Part shown: in pieces, positions 1 through 12,115 of the stretch | Position numbering within the stretch: position 1 is the first letter of the stretch | Layout of the letters: each line of letters starts with the position of its first letter | Assembly (NCBI RefSeq): GCF_000006765.1 | Contig: NC_002516.2 | Strand: one strand, 5' to 3' | DNA from: Pseudomonas aeruginosa PAO1 | GTDB taxonomy: Bacteria > Pseudomonadota > Gammaproteobacteria > Pseudomonadales > Pseudomonadaceae | DNA: 64,000 nucleotides | Position numbers and translations under genes: made by a program | The notes under the pieces: model-generated | What the model was told of the DNA's origin: nothing | The model's database searches: none | What the model saw: only the letters and a program-made list of their open reading frames with translations

Positions 1-1508
<1,508 letters not shown>

Positions 1509-1620
1509 GCGGTCCTCAGCCGCCGCGGATCGCTCCGACCCGCGGCCTTTCCGCCAAGGCACCTGCGGGTGCGCTCGTCCCGCGTCCCGACGCGGCTTTC
1601 CCCATGGCGGGTTCTGGCGC

Positions 1621-1648
1621 GACGCGGCCCTGGCCGCGTCTTTTTTTT
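1621..1648 (+). terminator. Intrinsic terminator after exaC
   Basis: GACGCGGCC-CT-GGCCGCGTC followed by T8. Confidence 0.85.
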
Positions 1649-1864
1649 CGCCTCGCCGCCGCCCCTGCATGGACTAGGCTTCTGCCCTGCACCAGGGCGA
1701 ACCAGGGGGCGCAACGGCGTTCTCCCGGCGAACCTTGGGCGGGACAGGCAGTCCCTACCAAATCAGGGGGAAAACTCCTTCGAAAGTCTCATTCGGAGCG
1801 AGCCCCGCTGATGTTTAACTCGACCTGCCGGAATCGCCCGGCCCCACCAGAGAGGATCGACCCC

Positions 1865-1936
1865 ATGTGGACCAAGCCCAGCTTCACCGACCTGCGTCTC
1901 GGTTTCGAAGTGACCCTCTACTTCGCCAACCGCTGA
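1865..1936 (+). CDS. pqqA: PQQ precursor peptide (23 aa)
   Basis: [23 protein letters not shown] with the E-x3-Y core; GAGAGG SD upstream; precedes pqqB. Not listed as its own ORF in the track. Confidence 0.97.
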   Translation: MWTKPSFTDLRLGFEVTLYFANR

Positions 1937-1943
1937 TCCGTTC

Positions 1944-1963
1944 GGCCCCGGTCTTCCGGGGCC
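1944..1963 (+). other. GC-rich hairpin between pqqA and pqqB
   Basis: GGCCCCGG-TCTT-CCGGGGCC, no U-tract. Confidence 0.65.
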
Positions 1964-1988
1964 TCCCTCCAGCCCGCGGGGCAGACCC

Positions 1989-2903
1989 ATGCACATCCGT
2001 ATTCTCGGTTCGGCCGCCGGCGGCGGCTTCCCCCAGTGGAACTGCAACTGCCGCAACTGTCGCGGGGTCCGCGACGGCAGCGTAGCGGCCCAGCCACGCA
2101 CGCAATCCTCCATCGCCCTGTCCGACGACGGCGAGCGCTGGATCCTCTGCAACGCCTCGCCCGACATCCGTGCCCAGATCGCCGCCTTCCCGGCCCTCCA
2201 GCCGGCGCGTCGGCCGCGCGATACGGCGATCGGCGCGATCGTCCTGCTCGACAGCCAGATCGACCACACCACCGGCCTGCTCAGCCTGCGCGAAGGCTGC
2301 CCGCACGAAGTCTGGTGCACGCAGATGGTCCACCAGGACCTCAGCGAAGGCTTCCCGCTGTTCCCCATGCTTTCCCACTGGAACGGCGGCCTGCGCCACC
2401 GGCCGATCGCCCTCGATGGCGAGCCTTTCGCCATTCCGGCCTGTCCGCGCCTGCGCTTCACCGCGATCCCCCTGCGCAGTAGCGCGCCGCCGTATTCCCC
2501 GCATCGCGGCGATCCGCATCCGGGCGACAACATCGGCCTGTTCGTCGAGGACCTCGATAGCGCCGGTGCGCTGTTCTATGCACCGGGCCTCGGCGAGGTG
2601 GACGAGGCGCTGCTCGAATGGATGCGCCGCGCCGACTGCCTGCTGGTGGACGGTACGCTCTGGCGCGACGACGAGATGCTGGTCTGCGAGGTCGGCGACA
2701 AGCTCGGCCGGCAGATGGGGCACCTGGCGCAGAGCGGGCCGGGCGGCATGCTCGAGGTGCTGGCGAAGGTGCCGGCCGCGCGCAAGGTGCTCATCCACAT
2801 CAACAACACCAATCCCATCCTCGACACCGCTTCGGCCGAACGCGCCGAGCTGGATGCCAGTGGCATCGAAGTGGCCTGGGATGGCATGCACATCCAGCTG
2901 TAG
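1989..2903 (+). CDS. pqqB: PqqB, metallo-beta-lactamase-fold PQQ biosynthesis protein
   Basis: [39 protein letters not shown] motifs; operon position. Confidence 0.96.
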
Positions 2904-2912
2904 GGGGCCAAC

Positions 2913-3665
2913 ATGAGCCGTGCCGCCATGGATCGCGCCGAATTCGAACGGGCGCTGCGCGACAAGGGACGCTACTACCATATCCACCATCCGTTCCATG
3001 TCGCGATGTACGAGGGCCGTGCCAGTCGCGAACAGATCCAGGGCTGGGTGGCGAACCGTTTCTACTACCAGGTCAACATCCCGCTGAAGGACGCGGCGAT
3101 CCTGGCCAACTGTCCCGACCGCGAGGTCCGCCGCGAGTGGATCCAGCGTATCCTCGACCACGACGGCGCCCCCGGCGAGGCGGGCGGCATCGAGGCCTGG
3201 CTGCGTCTGGCGGAAGCGGTGGGCCTGGAGCGCGAGCAGGTGCTGTCCGAGGAGCGGGTGCTGCCCGGCGTGCGCTTCGCCGTCGACGCCTACGTCAACT
3301 TCGCCCGTCGCGCCAGTTGGCAGGAGGCGGCGAGCAGTTCGCTGACCGAACTCTTCGCCCCGCAGATCCACCAGTCGCGGCTGGACAGCTGGCCGCGCCA
3401 CTATCCGTGGATCGAGGCGGCCGGCTACGAGTATTTCCGCAGTCGCCTGGCCCAGGCCCGGCGCGACGTCGAGCACGGCCTGCGGATCACCCTGGAGCAC
3501 TATCGGACCCGCGAGGCACAGGAACGCATGCTGGATATCCTGCAATTCAAGCTGGACGTGTTGTGGAGCATGCTCGACGCGATGAGCATGGCCTACGAAC
3601 TCGAACGCCCGCCGTACCACACGGTGACCCGCGAGCGGGTCTGGCATCGGGGGCTGGCATCATGA
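2913..3665 (+). CDS. pqqC: PQQ synthase PqqC
   Basis: [24 protein letters not shown] motifs. Confidence 0.96.
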
Positions 3666-3940
3666 GCCTGCCGTCGCTCGACAGCGTGCCGATGCTGCGC
3701 CGGGGCTTCCGCTTCCAGTTCGAACCGGCCCAGGACTGCCATGTGCTGCTCTACCCCGAAGGCATGGTCAAGCTCAACGACAGCGCCGGGGAAATCCTCA
3801 AGCTGGTCGATGGCCGCCGCGACGTGGCGGCCATCGTCGCGGCGCTGCGCGAGCGTTTCCCCGAAGTCCCCGGCATAGACGAAGACATCCTGGCGTTCCT
3901 CGAGGTGGCCCATGCGCAATTCTGGATCGAGCTGCAGTGA
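3662..3940 (+). CDS. pqqD: PqqD peptide chaperone (RRE), 92 aa
   Basis: C-terminal part of track ORF 2618..3940; ATG overlaps the pqqC stop (ATGA); [19 protein letters not shown]. Confidence 0.93.
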
Positions 3941-5057
3941 AAGCGTGGGGCCGCCGCTCTGGCTGCTGGCCGAGCTGACCTATCGCTGTCCGTTGCAGTG
4001 CCCGTACTGCTCGAACCCGCTGGAATTCGCCCGCGAGGGCGCCGAGCTGAGTACCGCGGAATGGATCGAGGTGTTCCGCCAGGCTCGCGAGCTGGGCGCC
4101 GCACAGCTCGGTTTCTCCGGCGGCGAGCCGCTGCTGCGCCAGGACCTCGCCGAACTGATCGAGGCAGGGCGCGGCCTGGGCTTCTACACCAACCTGATCA
4201 CCTCCGGCATCGGCCTCGACGAGGCACGCCTGGCGCGCTTCGCCGAGGCCGGGCTGGACCACGTGCAGATCAGCTTCCAGGCCGCCGACGAAGAAGTGAA
4301 CAACCTGCTCGCCGGCTCACGCAAGGCCTTCGCCCAGAAACTGGCGATGGCCCGCGCGGTGAAGGCGCACGGCTATCCGATGGTGCTCAACTTCGTCACC
4401 CACCGGCACAACATCGACAACATCGAGCGGATCATCCAGCTGTGCATCGAGCTGGAAGCCGATTACGTCGAACTCGCCACTTGCCAGTTCTACGGCTGGG
4501 CCGCGCTGAATCGTGCCGGGCTGCTGCCGACCCGCGCCCAACTGGAGCGCGCCGAGCGGATCACCGCCGAATACCGCCAACGGCTGGCCGCCGAAGGCAA
4601 TCCGTGCAAGCTGATCTTCGTCACCCCCGACTACTACGAGGAACGGCCGAAGGCCTGCATGGGCGGCTGGGCCAGCGTATTCCTCGACATCACCCCCGAC
4701 GGCACCGCGCTGCCGTGTCACAGCGCGCGGCAATTGCCGGTGCAGTTTCCCAACGTGCGCGAGCACAGCCTGCGCCACATCTGGTACGAATCGTTCGGCT
4801 TCAACCGCTACCGCGGCGACGCCTGGATGCCCGAGCCGTGCCGTTCCTGCGAGGAGAAGGAGAGGGACCACGGCGGCTGCCGCTGCCAGGCGTTCCTCCT
4901 CACCGGCGATGCCGACGCCACCGACCCGGTCTGCGCCAAGTCGGCACGGCACGACCTGATCCTCGCGGCCCGTCGCCAGGCCGAGGAGGCGCCGCTTGGC
5001 CTGGACGCGCTGACCTGGCGCAACCAGCGCGCGTCACGCCTGATCTGCAAGGCCTGA
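3912..5057 (+). CDS. pqqE: PqqE radical SAM/SPASM peptide cyclase
   Basis: [16 protein letters not shown] (CxxxCxxC), FSGGEP, C-terminal SPASM cysteines CMGGW...CRSC...GGCRCQA. Confidence 0.96.
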
Positions 5058-5061
5058 GGCA

Positions 5062-6888
5062 ATGGTCGACTACGGCGACTGGCCGAGCGACTGGAGCGCC
5101 GAGCGCGCGGTAGCCGCCGGGCGCGATTTCAGCGAGCTGAAGGCGGCCCATGGCGGGCTGGCCTGGGTGGAATTCGATCCGGCCAGCGCGCGCTCGCGCC
5201 TGTACCTGTGGCGCGACGGCGTGCTGGAGGAGCCCACCGCGCCGGACGGCTCGGTGCGCAGCCGGGTCTACGAGTACGGCGGCGGCGCCTGCTGCGTGAC
5301 GCTCGACGGGCTGGCCTGGGTCGACGAAACCGACCAGCAGGTACGCCGCTGGCGAGCGGGCCGCGCAGCCCAAGTGCTGGGCGGCGGGGCGCAGTGTCGC
5401 TACGGCGACCTGGCCTACGTCGATGCCTGGGATGCCCTGCTGGCGGTGGAAGAGAGCCATGGGCCGACCGGGGTCATGCATCGCATCGTGCGCCTGGACG
5501 CCGATGGCGCGCGCCGGGTGCTGGTCGAGGGCGCCGATTTCTACGCCGCGCCGCGTGCCGCCGGCCAGGGGCGGCGGCTGGCCTGGATCGAATGGGACCG
5601 TCCGCACCAGCCCTGGACCGAGACCCGCCTGGGCCTGGCGGAGAATGGGCGTACGCGCTGCCTGGCCGGAGCCGGAGGCGGCGAGTCGATCCAGCAACCA
5701 CGCTTCGATCCCGCCGGCCGCCTTCACTGGCTGAGCGACCGCGACGGCTGGTGGCGTCCCTGCGCCGAGGTAGCGTTGGCCGGCCGCTTCGCCGATGCCG
5801 ACCACGCTGGCGCGCCCTGGCAATTGGGCGCTTGCAGCTACCTGCCGCTGGGAGAGGGAAGGCTGCTGCTCAGTCGCGTCGAGGCCGGCGGCGGGCAACT
5901 GTTCCTGCGCGAAGCGGACGGCAGCGAGCGGCGCCTGGCCGCGGACTGGAACCGGTTCGCCGGACTGGCCGCGGATGCCCGGGCGTTCTACTGCATCGCG
6001 GCGGCGGCCGGGCGCCTGCCGGCGCTGCTGGCGATCCATCGCGACGAGCTGCGTGTCGAGGTGCTGCGTGGCGGCGAGCGACCGCTGGCGGAGGACGACC
6101 TGTCGCATCCGCAGGCCTTCGTCTATGGGCTGGGCAACGGCGAAAACGGCCACGGTTTCTTCTATCCGCCGCGCAATGCCCGCCGCCGCGTCGATCCCCG
6201 ACGACCACCGCCGCTGCTGGTGTGGCTGCATGGCGGACCGACCTCGATGCATTCGCCGGCGTTCGATGCCGGCCTGCAGTTCTGGACCCAGCGCGGTTTC
6301 GCCGTGGCGGCGCTGAACTACCGGGGCAGCAGCGGCTACGGCCGCGCCTATCGGCAGCGCTTGCGCGGCCAGTGGGGGCGCCTGGAGTTGCGCGATATCG
6401 AGGCCGCGCTGGCGCAGCTGGACGCGGAGGGATGGATCGACCGCGCCCGGGTCTTCGTCCGTGGCGCCAGCGCCGGAGGCTACAGCGCGCTGCGCGCCCT
6501 GGCTTGCCTCGATGGCCTGCGCGGCGGCGCCAGTCTCTATGGGGTCAGCGATCCGTTGGCACTGGCGCGTTGCACCCACAAGTTCGAGGGCGACTACCTC
6601 GACTGGCTGATCGGCGACCCGCAGCGCCAGCGCCGTCGCTACCTGGTGCGCAGCCCGGTGCTTCAGGTCGGGCGTATCCGCGCGCCGGTAGTGTTCTTCC
6701 AGGGCGGGCTCGACGCGGTGGTGGTGCCGGAGCAGACCGAGGCGATGGTCGCCGGCCTGCGGCGCAGCGGCGTGCGCGTGGAGTGCCACCGCTATCCGCA
6801 GGAGCGCCACGGTTTCCGCCAGCCGGCCAATCGCGCCCATGCGCTGCTGGCGGAATGGCGCTTCTACCTGGGCCTGCTGGAGGATTGA
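5062..6888 (+). CDS. pqqH: S9-family prolyl oligopeptidase-like peptidase
   Basis: HGGPT, NYRGSSGYG, GASAGG nucleophile, GGLDAVV, ERHGF; 4 bp after pqqE. Confidence 0.85.
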   Translation: MVDYGDWPSDWSAERAVAAGRDFSELKAAHGGLAWVEFDPASARSRLYLWRDGVLEEPTAPDGSVRSRVYEYGGGACCVTLDGLAWVDETDQQVRRWRAGRAAQVLGGGAQCRYGDLAYVDAWDALLAVEESHGPTGVMHRIVRLDADGARRVLVEGADFYAAPRAAGQGRRLAWIEWDRPHQPWTETRLGLAENGRTRCLAGAGGGESIQQPRFDPAGRLHWLSDRDGWWRPCAEVALAGRFADADHAGAPWQLGACSYLPLGEGRLLLSRVEAGGGQLFLREADGSERRLAADWNRFAGLAADARAFYCIAAAAGRLPALLAIHRDELRVEVLRGGERPLAEDDLSHPQAFVYGLGNGENGHGFFYPPRNARRRVDPRRPPPLLVWLHGGPTSMHSPAFDAGLQFWTQRGFAVAALNYRGSSGYGRAYRQRLRGQWGRLELRDIEAALAQLDAEGWIDRARVFVRGASAGGYSALRALACLDGLRGGASLYGVSDPLALARCTHKFEGDYLDWLIGDPQRQRRRYLVRSPVLQVGRIRAPVVFFQGGLDAVVVPEQTEAMVAGLRRSGVRVECHRYPQERHGFRQPANRAHALLAEWRFYLGLLED

Positions 6889-6973
6889 AAGGGCCGCCAA
6901 GGTCGCATTGCAATAACCGACGAATGCAGTAGGCTGCCGGCAATGTCCGATAACAATAAGAATGGTCTGTCAG

Positions 6974-8137
6974 ATGAGCCACGACCTCAGCCAACTGCGT
7001 AAATTCGTCTCGCCCGAGATCATCTTCGGCGCCGGCTGCCGGCACAGCGTCGCCAACTACGTGAAGACCTTCGGTGCGCGCAAGGTCCTGCTGGTCTCCG
7101 ACCCCGGCGTGCTCGCCGCCGGCTGGGTCGCCGACATCCAGGCAAGCCTGGAGGGGCAGGGCATCGACTACTGCCTGTATACCGACGTTTCGCCCAACCC
7201 CCGGGTCGACGAGGTGATGCTCGGCGCCGAGTTCTATCGCAGCGAGGGCTGCAATGTGATCGTCGCGGTGGGCGGCGGCAGCCCGATGGATTGCGCCAAG
7301 GGCATCGGCATCGTCGCCGCCCATGGCCGCAGCATCCTCGAGTTCGAAGGCGTCGACCGGCTGCGGGTGCCGAGTCCGCCGCTGATCCTGATCCCGACCA
7401 CCGCCGGGACTTCGGCGGACGTCTCGCAGTTCGTGATCATTTCCAACCAGGACGAGCGCATGAAGTTCTCCGTGGTGAGCAAGGCGGTTGTGCCTGACGT
7501 CTCGCTGATCGACCCGGAAACCACGTTGACCATGGATCCCTTCCTTTCGGCCTGTACCGGCATCGATGCACTGGTACACGCCATCGAGGCGTTCGTCTCC
7601 ACCGGCCACGGGCCGCTGACCGATCCCCACGCGCTGGAAGCGATGCGCCTGATCGATGGCAATCTGGTACAGATGATCGCCAATCCCGGCGACATCGCCC
7701 TGCGCGAGAAGATCATGCTCGGGAGCATGCAGGCCGGGCTGGCCTTCTCCAACGCCATCCTCGGCGCGGTGCATGCCATGTCGCACAGCCTCGGCGGCTA
7801 TCTCGACCTGCCCCACGGCCTGTGCAACGCGGCGCTGGTCGAACACGTGGTGGCGTTCAACTACAGCGCCGCGCCGGAACGCTTCAAGGTGATCGCCGAG
7901 ACCTTCGGCATCGATTGCCGCGGTCTGACCCAGGGGCAGGTCCGCCAGCGCCTGGTGGACCACCTGATCGCCTTCAAGCACGCCGTGGGTTTCCACGAGA
8001 GCCTCGCCCTGCACGGGGTCGGCAGCTCCGACATTCCTTTCCTCTCGCGCCACGCGATGCAGGACCCGTGCATCCTTACCAACCCGCGCGAGTCGAGCCA
8101 GCGCGATGTCGAGGTGGTCTATGGCGAGGCCCTCTGA
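6974..8137 (+). CDS. ercA: Iron-containing (group III) alcohol dehydrogenase-like protein
   Basis: GGGSPMDCAK, IPTTAGTSADVS, DALVHAIE, HAMSHSLGG..HGLCNA; alternative ATG at 6962. Confidence 0.88.
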   Translation: MSHDLSQLRKFVSPEIIFGAGCRHSVANYVKTFGARKVLLVSDPGVLAAGWVADIQASLEGQGIDYCLYTDVSPNPRVDEVMLGAEFYRSEGCNVIVAVGGGSPMDCAKGIGIVAAHGRSILEFEGVDRLRVPSPPLILIPTTAGTSADVSQFVIISNQDERMKFSVVSKAVVPDVSLIDPETTLTMDPFLSACTGIDALVHAIEAFVSTGHGPLTDPHALEAMRLIDGNLVQMIANPGDIALREKIMLGSMQAGLAFSNAILGAVHAMSHSLGGYLDLPHGLCNAALVEHVVAFNYSAAPERFKVIAETFGIDCRGLTQGQVRQRLVDHLIAFKHAVGFHESLALHGVGSSDIPFLSRHAMQDPCILTNPRESSQRDVEVVYGEAL

Positions 8138-9815
8138 GCAGCAGCAGGAGGCCCTGGCCGGGTTACTCGGCCTGGGCAGCCACTCCGCGCGCAAGAGCCA
8201 CTACCCGGAGCTGCTGGCGCGCCTGGAGGAGCTGGAGGCCGAGCGCAACCGCTACAAATGGCTGTTCGAGCACGCGGTGCACGGCATCTTCCAGGCCAGC
8301 CTCGGCCAGGGGCTGCGCGCCGCCAATCCGGCGCTGGCGCAGATGCTCGGCTACGACGATCCGCAACAGGTGCTCTGGTCGCTGGAGGACATGGCCGGGC
8401 AACTGTTCGTCGGCGGCGAGGCCGAGATGCGACGGATCCGCGCGCTGCTGCGCGAGCGCGGCGGCCTGTTCGGCTACGAGACGCGCCTCTGGCGCAGGGA
8501 CGGCAGTCACATCGAGGTATTGATGAACCTGCTGCTCAGGCACGACGAGGAAGAATTGGTCGAAGGTTTCGTCGCCGACATCACCGAGCGGGTCCAGGCC
8601 CAGCAGCGCCTGCAGACCATGAACGAGGAGCTGGAGCGGCGGGTAGCCGAGCGCACCCACGAGCTGGAAGAGCTCAACCGCCAGTTGCGCCAGGCGCGCG
8701 ACGCCGCCGAAGCCGCCAACCACAGCAAGGACAAGTACCTCGCCGCCGCCAGCCACGACCTGCTGCAACCGCTCAACGCGGCGCGGCTGCTGGTCGACAC
8801 CCTGCGCGAACGGGGCCTGCCGGCCGCCGAACTGCAACTGGTGGAGCGCACCCACCTGGCCCTGGAAGGCGCCGAGACCTTGCTCACCGACCTGCTGGAA
8901 ATCGCCCGGCTCGACCAGAGCGCGATCCGTCCGGACCTGGACGACTATTCCCTCGACGAACTGCTCGCTCCGCTGGCCTCGGAGTTCGAGGAAGTCGCGC
9001 GTGCCGCCGGCCTGGCCCTGCGTGCGCGGATCCCGCGACTAGCAGTGCGCACCGACGCGCGCCTGCTGTCGCGGATCCTGCGCAACTTGCTCAGCAACGC
9101 CTGCCGCTACACCGAGCGCGGCAGCGTGCTGCTGGGGGCGCGCCGGCGTGGCGGCAAGGTACGCCTGGAGGTGTGGGACACTGGCCGGGGCATCCCCGCC
9201 GACCAGTTGCAGGCGATCTTCCTCGAGTTCAACCAACTGGACGCCGGGCGCGCTTCCGAGCGCCGTGGCGTCGGACTCGGGCTGGCCATCGTCGACCGTA
9301 TCGCCGGCATCCTCGGCTACCGCATCGAGGTGCATTCGACTCCAGGCCGAGGCTCGCTGTTCGCCATCGAGGTGCCGCTGGTCCGCAAGCCGGCGCGGCC
9401 AGCACCTGGCGAGGCGATTGCGCGGGTTTCGGCTGGTGATCCGCTGCCGGGACGGCGGCTGCTGGTGGTGGACAACGAGACCGAGATTCTCTTCAGCATG
9501 TCCGCGCTGCTCGGCCAGTGGGGCTGCGAGGTGCTTACCGCCACCGACCTGGAAGGCGCGCGCAAGGCGCTCGATGGCCGCGCGCCGGATGCGATCCTGG
9601 TCGACTACCACCTGGACCACGGCGCTACCGGTTGCCAGTTGCTGGGCGCCTTGCGCGAGGACTACGGCGCGGAGATCGCCGCGGTGATGATCACCGCCGA
9701 CCGCAGCGACGATTGCCGCCGCGCGCTGGCCCGCCTGGGCGTGCCGCTGCTCAACAAGCCGCTGAAGCCCGGCAAGCTGCGCGCGGCCCTGAGCGCCTTG
9801 CTCGGCGAGCTCTAG
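8121..9815 (+). CDS. ercS: Soluble hybrid sensor kinase (PAS-HisKA-HATPase-REC)
   Basis: ASHDLLQPL H-box, NLLSNA, DTGRGI, GVGLGL, receiver LVVDN..ILVDYHLD..KP; overlaps the ercA end. Confidence 0.88.
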   Translation: MARPSEQQQEALAGLLGLGSHSARKSHYPELLARLEELEAERNRYKWLFEHAVHGIFQASLGQGLRAANPALAQMLGYDDPQQVLWSLEDMAGQLFVGGEAEMRRIRALLRERGGLFGYETRLWRRDGSHIEVLMNLLLRHDEEELVEGFVADITERVQAQQRLQTMNEELERRVAERTHELEELNRQLRQARDAAEAANHSKDKYLAAASHDLLQPLNAARLLVDTLRERGLPAAELQLVERTHLALEGAETLLTDLLEIARLDQSAIRPDLDDYSLDELLAPLASEFEEVARAAGLALRARIPRLAVRTDARLLSRILRNLLSNACRYTERGSVLLGARRRGGKVRLEVWDTGRGIPADQLQAIFLEFNQLDAGRASERRGVGLGLAIVDRIAGILGYRIEVHSTPGRGSLFAIEVPLVRKPARPAPGEAIARVSAGDPLPGRRLLVVDNETEILFSMSALLGQWGCEVLTATDLEGARKALDGRAPDAILVDYHLDHGATGCQLLGALREDYGAEIAAVMITADRSDDCRRALARLGVPLLNKPLKPGKLRAALSALLGEL

Positions 9816-9847
9816 AACGCGTACCGCCGCCTGGGACGGTGCACGCC

Positions 9848-11056
9848 CTAGCCGGGCCGGCGGCTGCGCCGGTGCAGTGCGACGGCCAGGGCCAGCCCGC
9901 CGAGCGAGGCCAGGCAGGCGAAGAGGAACATCGAGCGGAAGCCGAACAGGTTGGCGACGAAGCCCACCAGGGGCCCGGTGATGCCCAGCGACAGGTCGAC
10001 GAACAGCGAGTAGGCGCCCAGCGCCGCGCCACGGTTGGAAGCCGGTACCAGGTTCACCGCTTCCACGCCGAACGCCGGGAACACCAGGGAGAAGCCGAAG
10101 CCGGTGAGGGCCGCGCCGGCCAGGCCGACCCAGGGATTCGGCGCGCTCCACAGCAACAGCAGGCCGAGGCTTTCGACGCCGAGGCAGATGATCGCCACGC
10201 GGAAGCCGCCGAGCCGGTTGATGCTATTGGCGAACAACAGCCGGGCGCCGATGAAGCAACCGCCGAAGGCACTCAGGCAGAGCACTGCGTTGGCCCAGCC
10301 ACGGCTGGCGTAGTAAAGGGTGATGAAGGTGGCGATGGTGCCGAAGCCGATCGCCCCCAGCGCCAGGCCCATACCGTGCGGGGTGACCCGGCCGAGCACA
10401 TGGTGGAACGGCAGTCGCTCGCCGTGCACCAGCGGCGCCGGCAACTTCGGCCAGGCCAGGGCGAAGCCGAGCGCCCCGAGCAGGACGATGGACGCGCCCA
10501 TGCTCCACAGCCCCAGCCACTGCACCAGCAGCACCCCTAGCGGCGCCCCGAGGGCGATGGCGCCGTAGCTGGCGATGCCGTTCCAGGAAATCACCTTGGC
10601 GGTGTGCGGCGCGCCGACCCGGCCGATGCCCCAGCCGATCGCCGCCGAGCCGACCAGGCTTTCCGCCGCGCCGAGTACCAGGCGGCCGACCAGCAGGCTG
10701 GCCAGGCTCAGCGCCGGCCAGCCCTGGATCGCCACCGAGAGCAGCATGAACAGCCCGCTCGCGGCGCTGCCGGCCATGCCGTAGAGCACTGCGCGCTTCG
10801 GCCCGAGGCCGTCGATGACGCGCCCGGCGTAGGGTCGGGCGAGCAGGGTGGCGAGGTACTGCAGGCTGATCACCAGGCCGGCCAGCACCGAGCCGTAGCC
10901 GAGGTCGTCGTGCACGTAGCCGGGCAGCACCGCCAGCGGGATGCCGATGGTCAGGTAGCCGATGAAGGTGAACATCACCACCGAGACGATCTGCAGGGTG
11001 ACGTTCTGCCGGGCGCTGTCCTGCGCCGGCGGGGTGGGGCGGATATCGACGGACAT
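9848..11056 (-). CDS. MFS transporter (YhhS-like)
   Basis: ~12 hydrophobic segments; motif [12 protein letters not shown]. Confidence 0.85.
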   Translation of the reverse strand: MSVDIRPTPPAQDSARQNVTLQIVSVVMFTFIGYLTIGIPLAVLPGYVHDDLGYGSVLAGLVISLQYLATLLARPYAGRVIDGLGPKRAVLYGMAGSAASGLFMLLSVAIQGWPALSLASLLVGRLVLGAAESLVGSAAIGWGIGRVGAPHTAKVISWNGIASYGAIALGAPLGVLLVQWLGLWSMGASIVLLGALGFALAWPKLPAPLVHGERLPFHHVLGRVTPHGMGLALGAIGFGTIATFITLYYASRGWANAVLCLSAFGGCFIGARLLFANSINRLGGFRVAIICLGVESLGLLLLWSAPNPWVGLAGAALTGFGFSLVFPAFGVEAVNLVPASNRGAALGAYSLFVDLSLGITGPLVGFVANLFGFRSMFLFACLASLGGLALAVALHRRSRRPG

Positions 11057-11180
11057 GTGGGAAACGCGGTCGCAGTGGGTTGTCGCGGTCCGCCATGATG
11101 ACCGTTGCAGATGACGAATGAAAGCAGGCTAACGGATTCGCCGGGCTATCGGCGACGCGCGGTGCCCGGCGCTAGCGCGT

Positions 11181-11744
11181 TCAGAGACGCTGGAAGAGAC
11201 CCGGGTAATCGATCACCAGGCCCTGTTCGTCCACCAGCAGTACCGCTTTGAACGCGCTGCCTTCGAGGTTCTCGTAGAGGTAGTGGCTGGCGTCCAGGCG
11301 GGTGTATGCCTGGCGCATGCTACGCGGCTCCAGGGCCGGGGCCTCGATGTAGAGCGCGCGGATTTCCGCGCGCTGGCCATCGGCCAGGCCCAGGCGGCGG
11401 ATCGGGAAGGTGTTGGTGAAGGGGCTTGGCCAAATATCGATGTCCAGGCAACCGTCGAATGCCGGTAGCGCTTCGCCGTCGCCGTCCTGCCAGTGGCCGC
11501 GGCCATCGGCGAGCAGGTGCAGCTTGCGCACCCCGGTTTCGCTTTCGACGTGGAACACCGCCTCACGCAGATGCCAGTCGGCGTCCCAGCGCAGCCGGTA
11601 GTCCAATTGGTAGGGCAGGCCGCTGCGTTCGTCCGGCGCGCGCAACTGGCTTTCCGCCTGGTCGTCCTCCAGGCGCAGGGCCTCCCAGCTGGACGACGGC
11701 GAGCGCCACAGGCCGGCCCAGGTGTACAGACGGTCGCGACTCAT
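11181..11744 (-). CDS. Putative glycolipid-binding domain protein (PF06475-like), 187 aa
   Basis: MSRDRLYTW start overlaps the upstream stop; DIDIWPSPFTNTFPIRRL motif. Confidence 0.75.
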   Translation of the reverse strand: MSRDRLYTWAGLWRSPSSSWEALRLEDDQAESQLRAPDERSGLPYQLDYRLRWDADWHLREAVFHVESETGVRKLHLLADGRGHWQDGDGEALPAFDGCLDIDIWPSPFTNTFPIRRLGLADGQRAEIRALYIEAPALEPRSMRQAYTRLDASHYLYENLEGSAFKAVLLVDEQGLVIDYPGLFQRL

Positions 11745-12097
11745 GCGTCGAGTACCAGGCCGAGGCGCTGGCGCTTGGGCAGGCGCGCCACCACCAACTG
11801 ATGGGAACGGACCAGGGCCTCGCGCAACTCCGCCGCCTTCATCGGGTAGGGGCGGGCCATGACGATCCAGTGCGCGCGCGCCAGGTAGGGCGCCGGACGG
11901 ATGCCGGGGCGGTCGACATAGCCGAGGAACAGCTCGCTGCCGACCTTGAAGGCCAGGCCGCCGTCCTTGTCGACGAAGTCGAGGATGGCGAACATCTTGT
12001 TGCCGGCCACCGAGAACACCCGGTTCGAACCCCACTTGAGGTCTTCCCGGGCGCCGGGCAGTTGCAGGCAGAAGGCGGCGATCTGGTCGGTGGTCAT
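11741..12097 (-). CDS. MmcQ/YjbR family protein
   Basis: KWGSNRVFSVAGNKMFA, PAPYLARAHWI. Confidence 0.85.
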   Translation of the reverse strand: MTTDQIAAFCLQLPGAREDLKWGSNRVFSVAGNKMFAILDFVDKDGGLAFKVGSELFLGYVDRPGIRPAPYLARAHWIVMARPYPMKAAELREALVRSHQLVVARLPKRQRLGLVLDA

Positions 12098-12115
12098 GGA
12101 CGCTCCGGTGGCGGT

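Noticed and set aside
3912-3940. pqqD/pqqE overlap as a possible frameshifted PqqDE fusion
   Set aside because: Both ORFs are of normal length with their own motifs; a short overlap is ordinary, though the exact pqqE start is uncertain
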